From Eledone cirrhosa (lineage: Eukaryota), in NCBI GenBank assembly GCA_964016885.1, contig OZ024743.1, positions 3,348,001 through 3,412,000 on the forward strand: a stretch of 64,000 nucleotides of DNA. Direction: 5' to 3'. The notes beneath the pieces were generated by a model. That model was not told where the DNA came from and searched no databases. It saw nothing but the letters and a program-made list of their open reading frames with translations. Of this stretch, positions 11,620-28,077 are shown one piece after another. The first letter of the stretch is position 1. Each line of letters starts with the position of its first letter. A program made the translations under genes and the position numbers.

Positions 11620-12429
11620 CAGCGTTTCTCAACCGGTGTTCCCAGAACCCTAGGGTCCCGCAAAAAGTCGCTAGGGATTCCGCGAGAAACTGATAAATAA
11701 GCTAATACATTTTGGATTAATTTTTATCTAATTTTATATTCGTAATTATACTACATACGTACGTTATCATAATAAAGGCTTATATTATTTAAAACTAGGT
11801 CGTTACCCGTCGCTGCGTGTGTAAGCAAACCTTTTCTTATTTAACAAGTATCAAAAGCAAAGACAGATATCGTCTCCTTTCAGTTGAAAAGGAAATCCGT
11901 GTGTGTTTATCTAAAGTTTGACCTTGAATTAAGTATTTGTGTAACAAAAGAGAAGCACAGGTTTCATTTTAGAGGAGCAAATTTCACTATCTAAATCGGC
12001 TTCGAAAATAACATTTCCTTGGATATTTTACCTTGATTTATCTTAACATTGTCTATAATCGATAAGTTATAGTTATATGCTTTCGTTCTGTTAATATATG
12101 CTATACGTATGAGATATTGGTTATTTATGTTTATTTGTTTGTGTGTGTGTTTACAGATTGCCTTTGGTGAATGAAAACCTCGGTGTGAAGTCTCAAAAAG
12201 GTAGTGTGATTTTATTTTTGCATTGCCAATAAATTTGACAAAACAGGGGTAATTTTTTCCTTAAACCAGTTATCCGAAAAAAAAAAAAAAAATTATCACG
12301 TGAACTACGATAAAAATATAAAAGAGATAGATATAAATAATATTATATAATACATTTTATGCAAGGATTCCCTGGGGCTTGAAAACTATTTCAAGGGTTC
12401 CACAAGTGTTAAAAGGTTAAGAAACGCTG
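11620..12429 (+). mobile_element. hAT (Charlie/Buster-type) internal-deletion derivative
   Basis: TIRs cagcgtttctcaacc/ggttaagaaacgctg; TSD-like gtctagac/acctagac; decayed transposase C-terminus KSKDRYRLLSVEKEIRVCLS..AQVSF at ~11850-11972. Confidence 0.85.
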
Positions 12430-13404
12430 ACCTAGACCAATATTCTCAAACATAGTCAGTACGTTATGTTAAATTAACTGTGGAAGTCGAAGCAATCCAT
12501 CATTACAGGAACTAAGACACTACTCCTTGATGCGAAAACGAGAAATATATGCAGTGAGGTATATGCAAAAGATCCCGAAATGACGAAATTGACAGTGGAT
12601 GTGTTGCAATAAACAACTCCCCTTTTCCTGGAATGTTCGTGGCTCTAATTGTAAATTGAAAGAAAAAATTTCCACTTTAATTAAAAATATAATTGAATTT
12701 AGCTTGTGTGTGCATGTTTGCATTTGTCTCGACTTGTGTTTTTGTCGGAGACGGGAGAAGGGAAACATGCGCGTGTGCGTCGTGTTGTTTGAGCTTGTAA
12801 TGCTTATATAATATTTCATTAATACATGCTTGTTTCAACAAAAGGCAGGAAATTATGATAAAGGATTTACTGTAAAAAATTAAACTTTTATAATTCGACC
12901 ACTGTGTTTTAGCAGCTATTGGGAAAAAACACGCTACTCACTTATAAATAAATCACTCTGCTTTAAAAGAGATGGCAAAACACAGAAATCACAATATTAG
13001 ATCTTTACAATTAAAGTGTTATACAAAGGCTATGGAGAAACACAAATCCACGTTGTGACAAGTCAAGTGTTATTTAAATATTATGGTGAAACACTGCAAC
13101 CACAATACTATGTTGTTGTTTATAATCTATGGAAAAAACAAAATGAGTGCAATATTACATTGTTACAATTTCCTTTTTGTAGATATATGTGATTAAAAAA
13201 AACAAAACAAAACACAAACAGGTTAAAATATATAAAAAAAAAATTAAAGAATAAAAAAAAACATTTCAGAAACTACAGCATTTCACCACAACAAATTTAC
13301 ATTAGCATTATTTTCATGGAAAACACGACAAAACAAGACAGATGAATCTTCCTAATAATTTCATTAAAGAATTGAAAGAAATATTTAACTCAATTTTAAA
13401 TAAT

Positions 13405-13582
13405 TGTTTATACTTTAGGCACAAGGCCAGCAATTACCCAGTGCATTACTGGTACTTTATTTTATCGACCCCGTAAGGATGAAAGGCAAAGTCAACCTCG
13501 GCGGGATTTGAACTCAGATTGTAAAGGGACGTAACTATGCTGGAAAACATGGCGTCCGACCCTCTACCGATACTGCCAATCC
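13405..13582 (-). mobile_element. tRNA-derived SINE with Nin/Deu-like core (octopus OR-type)
   Basis: B box gagttcaaatccc, core actttgcctttcatccttacggggtcgataaaataaagtaccag; 18-bp TSD aactcaattttaaataat. Confidence 0.9.
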
Positions 13583-13604
13583 AACTCAATTTTAAATAAT
13601 CACA

Positions 13605-13878
13605 TTTTTTTTTGGTTAAACAAGCAGAAAAAGAAAGCGGTATTGGAAAGGACTATAAATGTCATAAATGAGAAGAAAATGAGGGAAGAGCAAGGACTAT
13701 TGGAAAAGGAAGAAAGGTAGGGGAGAGGGTGACAGACTCTACACCTAGGCCAGAGCGGTGTTTCGGCTGCGCCCCGCGGACAAAATGGCAAAGGCATTTC
13801 CGCAGATAATGACCAGCGACACCCACTGCAACAACCACCGCACCTCGCGGGTTTCCTTCCTCAGATTGGCTGTTATCG
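13605..13878 (-). mobile_element. CRE-clade LINE 3' fragment
   Basis: Reverse complement resembles 14660-14920 (RKETREV..LQ..GNAFAIL and 3'UTR). Confidence 0.8.
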
Positions 13879-14069
13879 ATTTAATGATTTAATGAAATTA
13901 AAATTAAATTTTTTCTCCGTATGCGAGATCTTATATGAAGGGATGTATTTTACATTAAGTAATACTATACCAATATCTGACAGAAATTGTAGTTCCTTTC
14001 ATACGTATGTGCGTTTTAATCTATTTCTTTAATAATTAAGTATCAAGGCTCTCCGTCCCCCAGTCCAAC

Positions 14070-14950
14070 GTACCTGGGACGAAATCAAGTGCAGATCGAG
14101 TCTGGCTTTGACCAACACTGATTCGCCTGCCTCACAGCCAAACAACGGCTTGAGACTCAACCGGTACTCTTCTTGATGACGTGTGCACTTGCATCAGAGT
14201 AGGCTAACGCCTCGGCCTCCGCGTACATGTCGATGTGGAGCTGTGGTCGATGACTTCGGTCTGCACTCATTATTATGCTGCCAGTGTGCAGACCGGTCCC
14301 CTCGACTTACCACTCTCAACAACATAAAGAGAAGGAGCCTCGGCGCAGCCGGCTTCCCGTCACAACTGGAACCAGTAGGCCTCGTCCATAGCGACAGCAA
14401 GCGCCCCGATGGAATTACCCTCTTCCCTTTCGAAGGAGGTAAATCCCTCAGCTGGGACGTGACATGCTGTGACACGTTCTCCTCTTCCAAGTTAGTCGCC
14501 TCGGCCACAAACCCCGGTACCCCGGCTCGAAATGCAGAAGATAGGAGGACAAGCAAACACCAGAGCTTGTCCGACCTCTTCCTCTTTCCACCCGTCACCG
14601 TCGAGACCTCAGGCGTCCTGGTACCCCGGATTGCTGACCTCCCCCGTAAAATCGGATTTATAGCAGCCCGTCTGAGGAAGGAGCCACGCGAGGTGGGGTG
14701 GCTATTGCAGTGTCTGTCGCTGGCCATTGTCCGTGGAAATGCATTTGCCATTTTGTCCGCGAGGCGCAGCCGAAACAACGCTCTGACCTAGGTGTAATGC
14801 CTGTCCCCCTCTCTCCTTCTCTCTTTCTTTCTTCCTTTATCTAGTAGTCCTCTCATTCATAGCATTTATAGTACTTTCCAATAGTTTTCTTTTTCTGTAT
14901 GCTTAACCAAATAAAAATAAAATTGGAAATTGAAAAACAAAAACAAAATA
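14070..14950 (+). mobile_element. CRE-clade non-LTR retrotransposon 3' part with restriction-like endonuclease
   Basis: ORF 14183-14791: CRCG..D..GLH...C knuckle, KRPDG, WDVT, VETSG, SLAIVRGNAFAIL; A-rich tail. Confidence 0.88.
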
Positions 14951-15827
14951 AAATTAAGTATTTGTAATTCAGTATTTCGTCTAATCTTCTAATTTCTATT
15001 TCTTTATCAAATGACATCAGTGTTCTTAATAAATTAACCTCTTTCCATGGTTGCCTTGGAGCTTAAATCAATTCTTTCTGTAAATATGTGTACTCATTGC
15101 AATGGTGTTTCTAGATGTGTGGGGTGTAATTTTTAGGAGAAGGAACTTCGACATCGTCCACTTCTGAGACCAAACACGATGTAATTACCTCCAGGAGTAC
15201 CGCAGCATCTTTCGATTCATGAACCGATGAAGAAGCGAATATTTCGGCCACTGATGGAGTTGTAACGTGCGAAATGACTGGCGGTGTCATTGAAACAGTA
15301 GCCCACCGAAGTTCTTCGTTGTTGTTTTACCACTCCTTGGGGCATCTTTAACTAGCGTGTTAAACCAAGTTTAGTTCGAATTGTATGTTGCAGATGAAAC
15401 CAGATGAATTCTGTGTGGGGCTGACAGACTATTACAACAAATAAAAAAAAAAATGAGGTAAAATACAAAATGAAAAAAAAAGAAAAGAAAAACAATTTAG
15501 CTCTGCCTGAAACAGTACACGGTCGTGAAAACTAGCAATAATAGTCTGTTTAATTTACTGTCTGATTTCAAAAAGCGTTAGGAATGTGGGATCTCTTCCG
15601 GGAAAACTCAGGATATATATATGAAAGAATAAAGAACATTTGTCTAGAAGATGTGGGCAAATGTATTCGATGAACCCATCGAAGTAATGTTTACGAATAA
15701 TTTCGGTAATCTCCAAAAGGTATATAATGTGTGGTGGGCAAGCAGAAATGTGGGGTGCTCTGAATCGACTTAACTAATGCTTCCCAATCGTGTTTTGGTG
15801 TAACCCTGAATATTGTTCATGATTTTG

Positions 15828-16013
15828 GGTGATTGGCAGTATCGGTATAGAGTCAGACGCCATGGTTTGCAGCATAGAGTTACGGCCCTTTATGATCTGA
15901 GTTCAAATCCCGCCGAGGTAAACTTTGCCTTTCATCCCTACGAGGTCGATAAAATAAAGTACCAGTAATGCACTGGAATAAATGCTGGCCTTGTGCCTAA
16001 CGTAGAAACAATT
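15828..16013 (+). mobile_element. OR-type SINE copy
   Basis: Matches the 13405-13582 family. Confidence 0.9.
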
Positions 16014-16329
16014 ATATCTTGTGTTAATTACTGTGTACTGATTTCATGAAATTTCAAAATAGCAATCCATCTATTGTATAACGTCCTTGCCATACCTCAT
16101 TTTTATATAACTTTGTCAAGCCGCGCACATTTTAATACCTACATATATAACGTTTATTATATTCTACTAGCCAAATTACCCGCGCTTTGCTGCGTTTCAC
16201 ACATTTTTTTTGTAAGAAAATGATGATTGATTTTAAATCAGTGATATAATTTATAGAGAAAAACTCTGCATTTCAATATTACTCAATGTAAAATGTAATG
16301 CATGAAAAACTGGAAAAGATTATTTTTTG

Positions 16330-16513
16330 GTGGATTGGCAGTATCGGTAGAGGGTCGGACGCTATGCTTTGACGCATAGAGTTACGGCCCTTGCCATTCT
16401 GAGTTCGAATCCCGCCGAGGTTAACTTTGCCTTTCATCCTTACGGGGTCGATAAAATAAAGTACTAGTAATGCACTGGTTAATTGCTGGCCATGTGCCAA
16501 AAAGTAGAAACAA
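16330..16513 (+). mobile_element. OR-type SINE copy
   Basis: Family match; TSD-like attattttt. Confidence 0.9.
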
Positions 16514-16705
16514 TTATTTTTTGTAATATATCATATCAAAATTACATTATTAAATCTTATTCTTATTTTGTTTCTTGAAAATAATTTTTTTCAAAATATC
16601 AATTCAAAACTTGATCATTTCATTTTTATGTAAAGCATTATTTTATTTGGGCTTCCAAAATTTTCACTATAGGGGTTTAACCCCCATTAGTGTTTCTTAA
16701 TATTA

Positions 16706-18666
16706 TTGATATTGATGATGTGGACTGACATCCTAAAGCCAAGCAGACGCACTGCCAACAACTTCCAGGCGTCTAACAATGGCATACCACCCTTGTATGG
16801 GCTCCGCAAAGACCACAAGACAGTCGACGACCCGACAACAGGACCACCAACAAGACCCGTATGCGGAGCTAATATAGCTAGCAACTACAGGATCTCCTAC
16901 TTCCTCTCAATGGTTATACGCCCCATAATCAAGATGTCCCCAGATGTATGTGACAGTACAGCGGACCTCCTCAGCAGAATCAGTGAGTGCAACAACAACA
17001 AAAACAGGAACCTATCCAACTGCATAATAGGCAGCATGGATGTGGTATCACTGTACCCATCCATTAACATTGATTTTGCTGTGGAAAAATGTGTGGAGAT
17101 GATTATTGAGAGTGAGGTGGAGTTCTGCGACGTCGACGCAGACGAACTGGGCCTCCTACTTAGACTTACCTACGACACTGACTACCTAGACAGCCATGAC
17201 CTTAGACGTTTCTGCCCTAGTAGATCCATAAGAGGTAGACTCCCCTCCATAACCTCCATGGCAAAAAAGACTCCCATGGGAAGGTGGATTGGGTGGACCA
17301 AAGCTATACGGACCCCCCAAAACAATGATCAGGTAAGAAAAATGGTCGCACATGCAATAGGGGCTAGTATCAAAACTACCCAAAATGAGGGAGCAGCCAT
17401 TGGCGTCAGCATAGCTGGTGATGTTGCCAACCTTTTTATGGTATGGTGGGAAAGGAGACTTAAAGATCTCCTTAATGAGAGCTCGATAGACCTCATCATG
17501 TACTCTCGTTACGTAGACGATATCAATATAGTTATAAGAACATCCCCACTAGAGAGCACTAACAAATTTGATTTAGAACGTAGCACAATGGAGAGCATCC
17601 AGCAGATAGCTAATTCCATACACCAGAGTATAACTGTAACTATCGACTACTCTTCCAAACACCCTAACAATAGACTACCTGTATTAGACACGGAACTCTG
17701 GATTAACACTATAGACGAGAGAGCCCAAATTCCCCACTCACACTATGCTAAACCCATGGCCTCCAAATACCTGATACTCAAAAACTCAGCAATGTCCAGT
17801 AGTGCTAAGTTTAATATTCTGATCGCAGATTTGGTACGAGTGATGAAGAATGTGTCCGCATGTGCGACCCAACAGAAATGGAAAGACACATCCAACACTT
17901 CATCAACCGCATGCAGTTCTCTGGCTACAACCAAAGAGACAAAGTCAGAGTATACGAAGGAGCCATGGAGAAGTATAAGACCCTCATAGAACTGGACATG
18001 AAAGGAATTTGCCTATTATACATGAGCAAGTCCTGGAATAGCTTAGATAGGGCTAGACATAAGATAGGGAAAGCCACCTCATGGTACGACAACCAGAGAT
18101 ACCAGAGTGTCATGTTTGTGGATGCTACCCCTGGAGGGAAATTAGCTAACCAGTGTAGAAAGGCCCTGAGAAAGACCCACTTAAAGATTAAGGTGGTAGA
18201 AAAGCCAGGAACCACCATAATATCCCTGATCAGCAAAACCTACCCTTTTAAGAAAACCCACTGTACTAATAGGAGGTGTATCATATGTAAGGTAAACCCC
18301 CGGATAAACTGTAAAACTAGAAACGTAGTCTATAGCATAATATGTACAGAGGGTACTTGCATAAACATGACAACAACATACATAGGCGAAACAGCTCGTA
18401 GTATAGGTGAAAGGATAGACCAACACTGGGGGGATCTAAAAGGATGAAAAAACGGATCAGTACTATACGAACATGCCAGACAACAACACGACGGTAACAT
18501 AGACAACATAGAAATTAGAATAATATCTAAACATAGAAATGACCCAGCAGATAGGCAAATCAGAGAGGCCAGTGAAATAGAACTTAGAAGGCCAAGATTA
18601 AACAGAAAGAATAAATGGAATAACAACAACACCCAAACAAACAACACTGACCTAAGAGAAGTATAA
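16706..18666 (+). pseudogene. Penelope-like element 3: RT + GIY-YIG with frameshift (~17870) and stop (18445)
   Basis: LYGLRKDHK, PTRPVC, SMDVVSLYPSI, G.AIG.SIAGDVANLFM, SRYVDD, LPVLD; NVVYSIIC..C..YIGETARS..ER..H; after the TGA the frame continues SVLYEH..RQIREA.EI..LNRK. Confidence 0.9.
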
Positions 18667-18938
18667 ATAAATAGATAAATAAATAAATAAATAAATACAT
18701 ACACAAGCACAATAACAACAAACACATATAAACGCACACTAGTAAACATAGAACACATTAACCAATACACAGTCACCCAATCACGAACACACATCAAACA
18801 AAACACTATACACACACGCAAACGCATGCGCAAAGAAGACAAAATAAAATAAACAAACAAACAAATAAATAAATAAATATATAAACAGACTAAATAAAGA
18901 TGGCGTATAAATACAATGCAACGGGAGGAATCTATAGC

Positions 18939-18980
18939 ACCACTGACGATGTTGCAGATGTGCAACGAAAGAACTTTGAT
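18939..18980 (+). ncRNA. Minimal hammerhead ribozyme in the PLE3 3' repeat
   Basis: acca-CTGACGA-t-gttgca-gatg-tgcaac-GAAA-gaac-TT-tgat; stems I and III carry mismatches. Confidence 0.65.
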
Positions 18981-20295
18981 AAACTATATATATGTGTTTG
19001 TGTCTATATTGTATCTGTATTATTTTTGACCGTTGGTCAGTCAATGGCAACATTGAGGACCGCATAAATTAGATTACCGATATAAAAGGCACAGAAGCGA
19101 AAAGCGAAAACCAACTAAACAGTGAGTGTGTTCTGTTATTAATTCTGGCAATATTACACAAATATGACCCTCCCCAAGTATAACAATATTATTGAAGTTT
19201 GCTTAAATCTTGTGAATAGGCATCATATCTTTTCATTTACCTATTGTTAAAATTTCATATAAATCGAAGGGAAAACATTTCCAGCGGAGGTTTTTGCCCC
19301 CGGGGAATCCTTTGATTAAAATGAACTATACTTATCCAAGTACCCTGTGCAGTGCAGTTTCAGAATATATATGGTTATGGGGGTCTATCTCCCAAACCAT
19401 AGGAGGAGTTCGTGAATAAACAGACAAACAAACAGACAGGAACTACAACTTTATATGTGCGTGCTCTTGTGGCTAATAAAGAAATTATCATTACTGGCTT
19501 CGCAGATCTGTTGAAACAACGGACAAATTCTTAGCAGTATTATTTGTGGCTCTTTACATTCTAAGTTAAAGTCCAGCAGCGGTCAACTTTGCATTTCATC
19601 TTTCCGAGGTGGATAAAATAAAGTACCAATCAAGTACGGGTGTTAATGCAATCGATTTCCACGTCCTTCAAAATTGTTGGTCTTGTGCCAAAAATAGAAA
19701 TTATTATTGCTGTTGTTGTGTAATCTTCCTTTTTTAAAATCTGCATAACTCGTCATAGTTTTCATATTCATTTCATACTGACGCTGATGAAACATAAGTT
19801 GAATATTCTGTGATTCCGAATTCTATGAAATAATTTCATTATCCACTTGTTTCTCTACTTATCAGTTTTGCTAACTTATCTGATAAAGATCACCAACAAT
19901 ATATACACATAGTACACTAATCTTTAACTCTCTAACTCTTTACTTCCGCCAAATTACGTTTGATACATCTGAAACAGCTATGTTCCTTTACATCGCTCAC
20001 CAGAATTGAGAGAAAATATTTCATTAAAAATGTAACATATTTTCAATAGGTAGTGGATTGCGTTAGAAAGTAGCAAAAAGTAATTTTTTTTGCTTTTAAC
20101 ATTTCTATTTTTTAATTTAGTTTTAATTTTAATTATTAATTAATTAATTTATTCATTTAGAAGGCGTTTACGGATTTCTATGTTTCTGGTGATTATGAGT
20201 CTGCAAAAAAAAAAAAAAAAAAAAATACCCAACAATCTTTTCAACGTGACAATATGTCATTGTTGTTTTGTGCTGTAACAGTTCACCACTGCGCG

Positions 20296-20301
20296 CACAC
20301 G

Positions 20302-20364
<63 letters not shown>

Positions 20365-20413
20365 ACATACACCCCCCCCCACACACTACACACACACCCT
20401 CTCTCTCTCTCTA

Positions 20414-20474
<61 letters not shown>

Positions 20475-20520
20475 CTCTCTCTCTCTATCTCTCTCTCTCT
20501 CTCACACACGCACACACAGA
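20296..20520. repeat. (CA)n/(CT)n microsatellite
   Basis: Direct repeats. Confidence 0.95.
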
Positions 20521-20619
20521 CACACAAGGGTACTTTTATTTATCTGATTCTGAGACGACAATTTATGAGTAGTTTACCTATATTCACACGCATTTTAACC
20601 AATTCTGGTGTCCTTGGCC

Positions 20620-20895
20620 CTGGTGTCCCTGCTCACCACCATGGGCACGGAGTTGGTTACTCGCAGGTGTGAGCCTCGAGAGCTGGAACGGCTCTTTCAG
20701 TGCGTCTCCCTCACCATCCTCCGGGGAAACGCCTTCTCTATTTTATCCGCCGGGGCCGCGGGGCCGCGGGGCGGCTAACCTGTGGGCCTCCATTTGCTTA
20801 TAATAGTGAGAGATGGGGAAAGTGAGTGAGACGGAGGCAGTGACAGTGGGAGTTTGGTTCCATTGTCCAATTCTTACTGCTAACAAATAAAAACA
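20620..20895 (+). mobile_element. CRE-clade LINE 3' remnant
   Basis: Degenerate SGVLGP..WLFQCVSLTILRGNAFSIL coding. Confidence 0.6.
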
Positions 20896-21157
20896 GAACC
20901 TATCATAATATATTTCTGTAACATAACATAGTTATTATTTTCATAACATAATATTATATTTCTATTTCATAGAATTGTCTGTTCTAATTTATTTAGTTAA
21001 TATGATATTCTATGAGATTTTTGCCTTTAAAAACTGTTCTTTTAATGCATTAAGAATTTCATACCAGTTTTTGCAGAGGCTTGGATCACTCTTTAGTAAA
21101 GCTTCATTATAGGTAAAATCATAGCAACAAATGTTTTGTACTTACTTTGACTACCGT

Positions 21158-21159
<2 letters not shown>

Positions 21160-21222
<63 letters not shown>

Positions 21223-21224
21223 AA

Positions 21225-21291
<67 letters not shown>

Positions 21292-21293
21292 AA

Positions 21294-21372
<79 letters not shown>

Positions 21373-21780
21373 CTGAGGGTCCTATAAAATGTAACTGGAT
21401 GGACCCCCAAGCGAGTTCAACTGAGCTTAAGGATGTTATCCAAACATCTTACTCGTGGTCAACCCCTGAGTCTCCAGCCAGTTGGATTTGCCTATAAAAC
21501 TGTCCAGCTATTTTTTCCCTAGACATTCTAACTGCAGGTCTGCAGCACCGCAGCTATATTCTCTCGATGTACAGAGGTAGCGGCTCTACCTGGAGCAATT
21601 CTCTGATCTCTAAGCTACGCATTCTATCGAGTAACGTTACTACAAAGACCCTTCGGAGGAACCTCATTTCGGTCGCTTGAATTCAGAATCGTATTTTTTT
21701 CGGTCATTACCCAAGATTCATGATCATAAGTATGAGTGAGCACGAAGACTTAACTGAATATATAGAGTGCTAACGATAGT
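21160..21780 (-). mobile_element. RTE-type LINE 3' fragment with expanded (GTA)n tail (21160-21371)
   Basis: Homologous to 29617-29935 and 58915-59340; abuts the (TAC)n tract. Confidence 0.65.
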
Positions 21781-22115
21781 GCATTATTGCAGCAAATTTT
21801 ACCACTTGTTCATAGTATAAATATGTGTAGTTTTGGAATAATCGGATATATTTTAGAAGCATTTAGCTTGATCAGACGTCGGCGATTCTTGATTATAAGG
21901 CGCGACATTTATTTTGTCAAACAAAATGAAAATGGTATCGTGTGCTCAAAGATTGCTCTGACTGAGTAATTGTTGCCGACAAGTGTCGAATCAATGTACG
22001 GGAGAGCCCGTACATTGTCACATAACTAGAAACAAAGCTAAATACTCCTTAATCCCAAACTACCAGCTTAATTTTTCTAAATGGCATAAAATATCATTAA
22101 TATATAATTTTAAAT

Positions 22116-22311
22116 TGTAATGGCGGTGGATTGGCAATATCGGTAGAGGGCCGGACGCTATGCTTTGACGCATAGAGTTACGGCCCTTGCCATTCTGAGT
22201 TCAAATCCCACCGAGGTTAACTGTGCCTTTCATCTTTACGGGGTCAATAAAATAAAATACCAGTAATGCACTGACTGGGTAATTGCTGGCCTTGTGCCAA
22301 AAGTAGAAACA
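22116..22311 (+). mobile_element. OR-type SINE copy
   Basis: Family match; 20-bp TSD attaatatataattttaaat. Confidence 0.9.
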
Positions 22312-23498
22312 ATTAATATATAATTTTAAATAAAATAGAAACGAAGTAGATTGTAACCCTCCCACCAAAATTCTACAAGGAAAAAAATTAAACAAGTAGA
22401 CATTAAAAAAAAAATGTATTGACGAGTATCGACAAGTAGTGTATTCCACGTTTTGTACCTCAATTTGACAATCCTGTTGTCCTTCACACAAGAAAAGTCC
22501 TGAAACCCTAGTTCTTTAAGGTGTTCACATACAACTGTACCAAAACAGTAGAGATGCAGAACATGGTTCAGAGAATGTTGCTGCTCTGTGAGCTCCTAAT
22601 AACTATAGTCACGTGTAAGATCCTGGTCCGAAAACTTGTGATAGAGCTAAGTTCATTAAAGACACCAATTGAACAGTAGATAAGGTTTTAAACCAAGCGG
22701 CGTAATGTATCTTGCCTCCTGCGTTCTTATTAGAATCCACGTCTTTATTATTCATGAATTGAAGAATATACGATTTCTTTTTCTTACTTCACGCAGAATT
22801 GGGAACATCTTGCAAAATAAGCATAAAATTGTTCAAGGTTAACAGATACTGTGTGTACCCCTACAAGATATATAGATCCTAGTATCGCTATTTTGGAACA
22901 TGCCTATGACTAACTATCATTATATAACAAATAAATGCTTGTGTATGACTTCATTTGTGCCGATTAGAAATGGGATGATAGTCACATTCCTTTACTACCA
23001 TAATATTTTTAATTCAATAGCTAGACCGGTGTCATTCCTAAGCTTTTTAGCTCATTATAGTCATTTGGTATTGTTGCTAAGTTCATAACTAGTACACCAA
23101 TGTTATTTTTATCATGGAATATGATTACTCTTTCTATTGTGTATATTATTATTTATAATAATGTTAAGATGTTATCTGTTTTTATGATTAATTTACTTAT
23201 TTATTGTTCTTTAAGATTTTGTTGTTGTTGTTACTTTGTTTATATTTAGTAGTATATTCTATCGTTCTTTCAGTGACTCATTTCGGTGTCAAACGCGGAT
23301 CACCCCAAAAAGTTCTTCCGTACGGTACGTGTCTGTCTTCGTCAGCGAATGACTTAGGTCATATATCCATTTCATGAGACAATAGGAGTTCACAAATATA
23401 GAATCTCTCTGTTGCTGCATACTTCATATTTTCTATCTTTACTTTTATTTATTTATTTTGATTTTGATTTAAACAAAAAATTCTCTTTCTTTTTTATC

Positions 23499-23499
23499 T

Positions 23500-23589
<90 letters not shown>

Positions 23590-23688
23590 TACCACTACTA
23601 CTACCACCACCACCACCATGATTATTCTTAAACTATTCCTCTCATTACACACAAGTACATACATATAAATGAATATATATATATATAT

Positions 23689-23741
<53 letters not shown>

Positions 23742-23742
23742 G

Positions 23743-23812
<70 letters not shown>

Positions 23813-23830
23813 CATTCACACACACTCACA

Positions 23831-23890
<60 letters not shown>
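23499..23890. repeat. (TAC)n/(CAC)n and (TA)n microsatellites
   Basis: Direct repeats. Confidence 0.95.
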
Positions 23891-23894
<4 letters not shown>

Positions 23895-25326
23895 CACGAG
23901 CGTGAACCCATAATCACCTAATCACCCATGTATGTGTGTATATATGTGTGTGGGGGTTGTAGTAGAAGCTATGTAGGATTATACACATCTTCCCACAGCA
24001 TATATAACCCTATCTACTGTACTTCTCTACGGCACCAGGAAGTAGGGTCAAATGGTTTTAGTGATGTGATGATTGATATTGTTTTCTTACCCATACAGAA
24101 ATAACTATGATATTTATGTTATGTGTACTTAACGCTGGGTTACTCATACTAGTAGTACTAATGGCTTCATAGACATTAGCTCTGAAAGTAAATTTATGTT
24201 ACCTGCCTGTTATAAGTGGAGATATTTGTTTAAATACCTGTATTATAATCCCAATGGGACGGTATTGGATCGATTAGTTACGGTCCTTTTCGTTCTGAGT
24301 TCAAATCCCACTGAGATTGATTTAACCTTTTATCGGAGTCTATAAAGGACCGATCCGATAATTACGTTTATTTTTCTTACTCCCCTCTCTCTCACACACA
24401 CACACTTTCTCCCCCCCCCCTCTCACGCACACACACTCTCCCCCATACACTCTCTCTCTCACACACACACTCTCTCCGACATTGGGAGAGATGAACTTGG
24501 CAATCAAGAAATACTAAGTTACGCCACATGACACGACAACGCTTTATTAAGTAAAAGAGACGAAGAAACGATTTCAACTATTATATTTACAACTCACCTA
24601 AAATTTCTGGCCTTGTACCTATTTTAGAAATATAGATTATAACCCATTGGGTTATGGGGATGCCAGCAAAAGCTTCATTTTAAAATAATGTGTATAGTCA
24701 TATTTTTATGCAAGCGCAATGTTCTCGGGGAACTGAACTGAAGTCCTACCTGTGGCCAACATTGGTGGTCTTCTCAGTCAGGACGAGCTCCGCATCTCCA
24801 TTGCACTTCGAGTGAGAGCCTATAACTATAGGGGTCTCAAATGTCGTTGTGGTAGGTCTTCGATTCCACAAGCCTACATGGTTTGTCCTGTTTCGCAAAA
24901 TTAATGGTGAAGAGGAATACAAATTCTTGCTCATCAGTAGTTGAAGAATTAGTATCCTGGACACTTCTAAGTATATTACAAAACTGAATAGTGTGCGTAT
25001 ATATAACGCACATGGTATCTTCACAATTAATTTTGCGAAACAGCATTACCAAAGCTGTCTAGGTGATTGGTACTTACCACAATTCCGGTTTGTATTTACT
25101 TTCTTGATTTATTCTTAAATTGAGTCTGGCAAACCCTATTGTCTATAGTTAGTATTATTTTCACCTTAGCGAATCTGGTCCCCTACAAATTTTAACACAT
25201 ATGTATATATCTGTGTTCGTTTTTCTTTTATATTCAATTATAATATACTGCTCGGAAAAATCTCTTTCCTAGAGCTATTTTATTGTAAATGACTATTTTG
25301 AGTTTCTAACTCAATATATACCTTTG

Positions 25327-25819
<493 letters not shown>

Positions 25820-25830
25820 GTGTGTATATG

Positions 25831-25863
<33 letters not shown>

Positions 25864-25864
25864 G

Positions 25865-27240
<1,376 letters not shown>

Positions 27241-27244
<4 letters not shown>

Positions 27245-27684
27245 ATATATTAATAAATGTAAACTATATTTATAAAACCATAATTATTTTATTATATATA
27301 TTTCAAGGGCGACCAAGGTAAATTATGGTGCGCTTTCATCAGATAAAATACACATTTGTTTTATAAATAAATATTGACATACCCGGAAAAAAGACAACCT
27401 CAACGGTTGAAATTCAACCAGCGAATTTCAACCGTTGAGGTTGTCTTTTTTCCGGGTATGTCAATATTTATTTATAAAACAAATGTGTATTTTATCTGAT
27501 GAAAGCGCACCATAATTTACCTTGGTCGCCCTTGAAATATATATAATAAAATAATTATGGTTTTATAAATATAGTTTACATTTATTTCCATATTGTATAT
27601 TTACTCCACTAATTTGTTGAGTGCTTTATATCAGTTATAAAAATGTTTAAGCTTGTTGAATCCCAACAAATTAAATATAACCTC

Positions 27685-27688
<4 letters not shown>
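27241..27688 (+). mobile_element. Palindromic hammerhead-bearing PLE derivative
   Basis: Arms 27253-27415 and 27423-27585 around a 7-nt loop; unpaired tail to 27688, similar to the tail of 25398-25721. Confidence 0.8.
27491..27550 (+). ncRNA. Hammerhead ribozyme (mirror copy on minus strand at ~27288-27347)
   Basis: tttat-CTGATGA-aagcgcacca..tggtcgccctt-GAAA-tatata-TA-ataaa. Confidence 0.75.
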
Positions 27689-27764
<76 letters not shown>

Positions 27765-27800
27765 TATATCTATGTATATATATATATATGTATATATATG

Positions 27801-27871
<71 letters not shown>

Positions 27872-27882
27872 GTATGTATATA

Positions 27883-27975
<93 letters not shown>

Positions 27976-28028
27976 GTATATATATATATGTATATATATA
28001 TATATGTATATATATATATGTATATATG

Positions 28029-28077
<49 letters not shown>

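Larger units (their letters stand above)
16167..19456 (-). mobile_element. Non-autonomous Helitron interrupted by a SINE and a PLE
   Basis: Minus-strand 3' end cgcagcaaagcgcggg..CTAG|T at 16167; 5' part with acagacaaacaaacagaca..aactttatat at ~19420-19456. Confidence 0.65.

Noticed and set aside
18445-18447. In-frame TGA in the PLE3 GIY-YIG as selenocysteine
   Set aside because: Not at an evident conserved Cys position and the copy is already frameshifted; a nonsense mutation is simpler.
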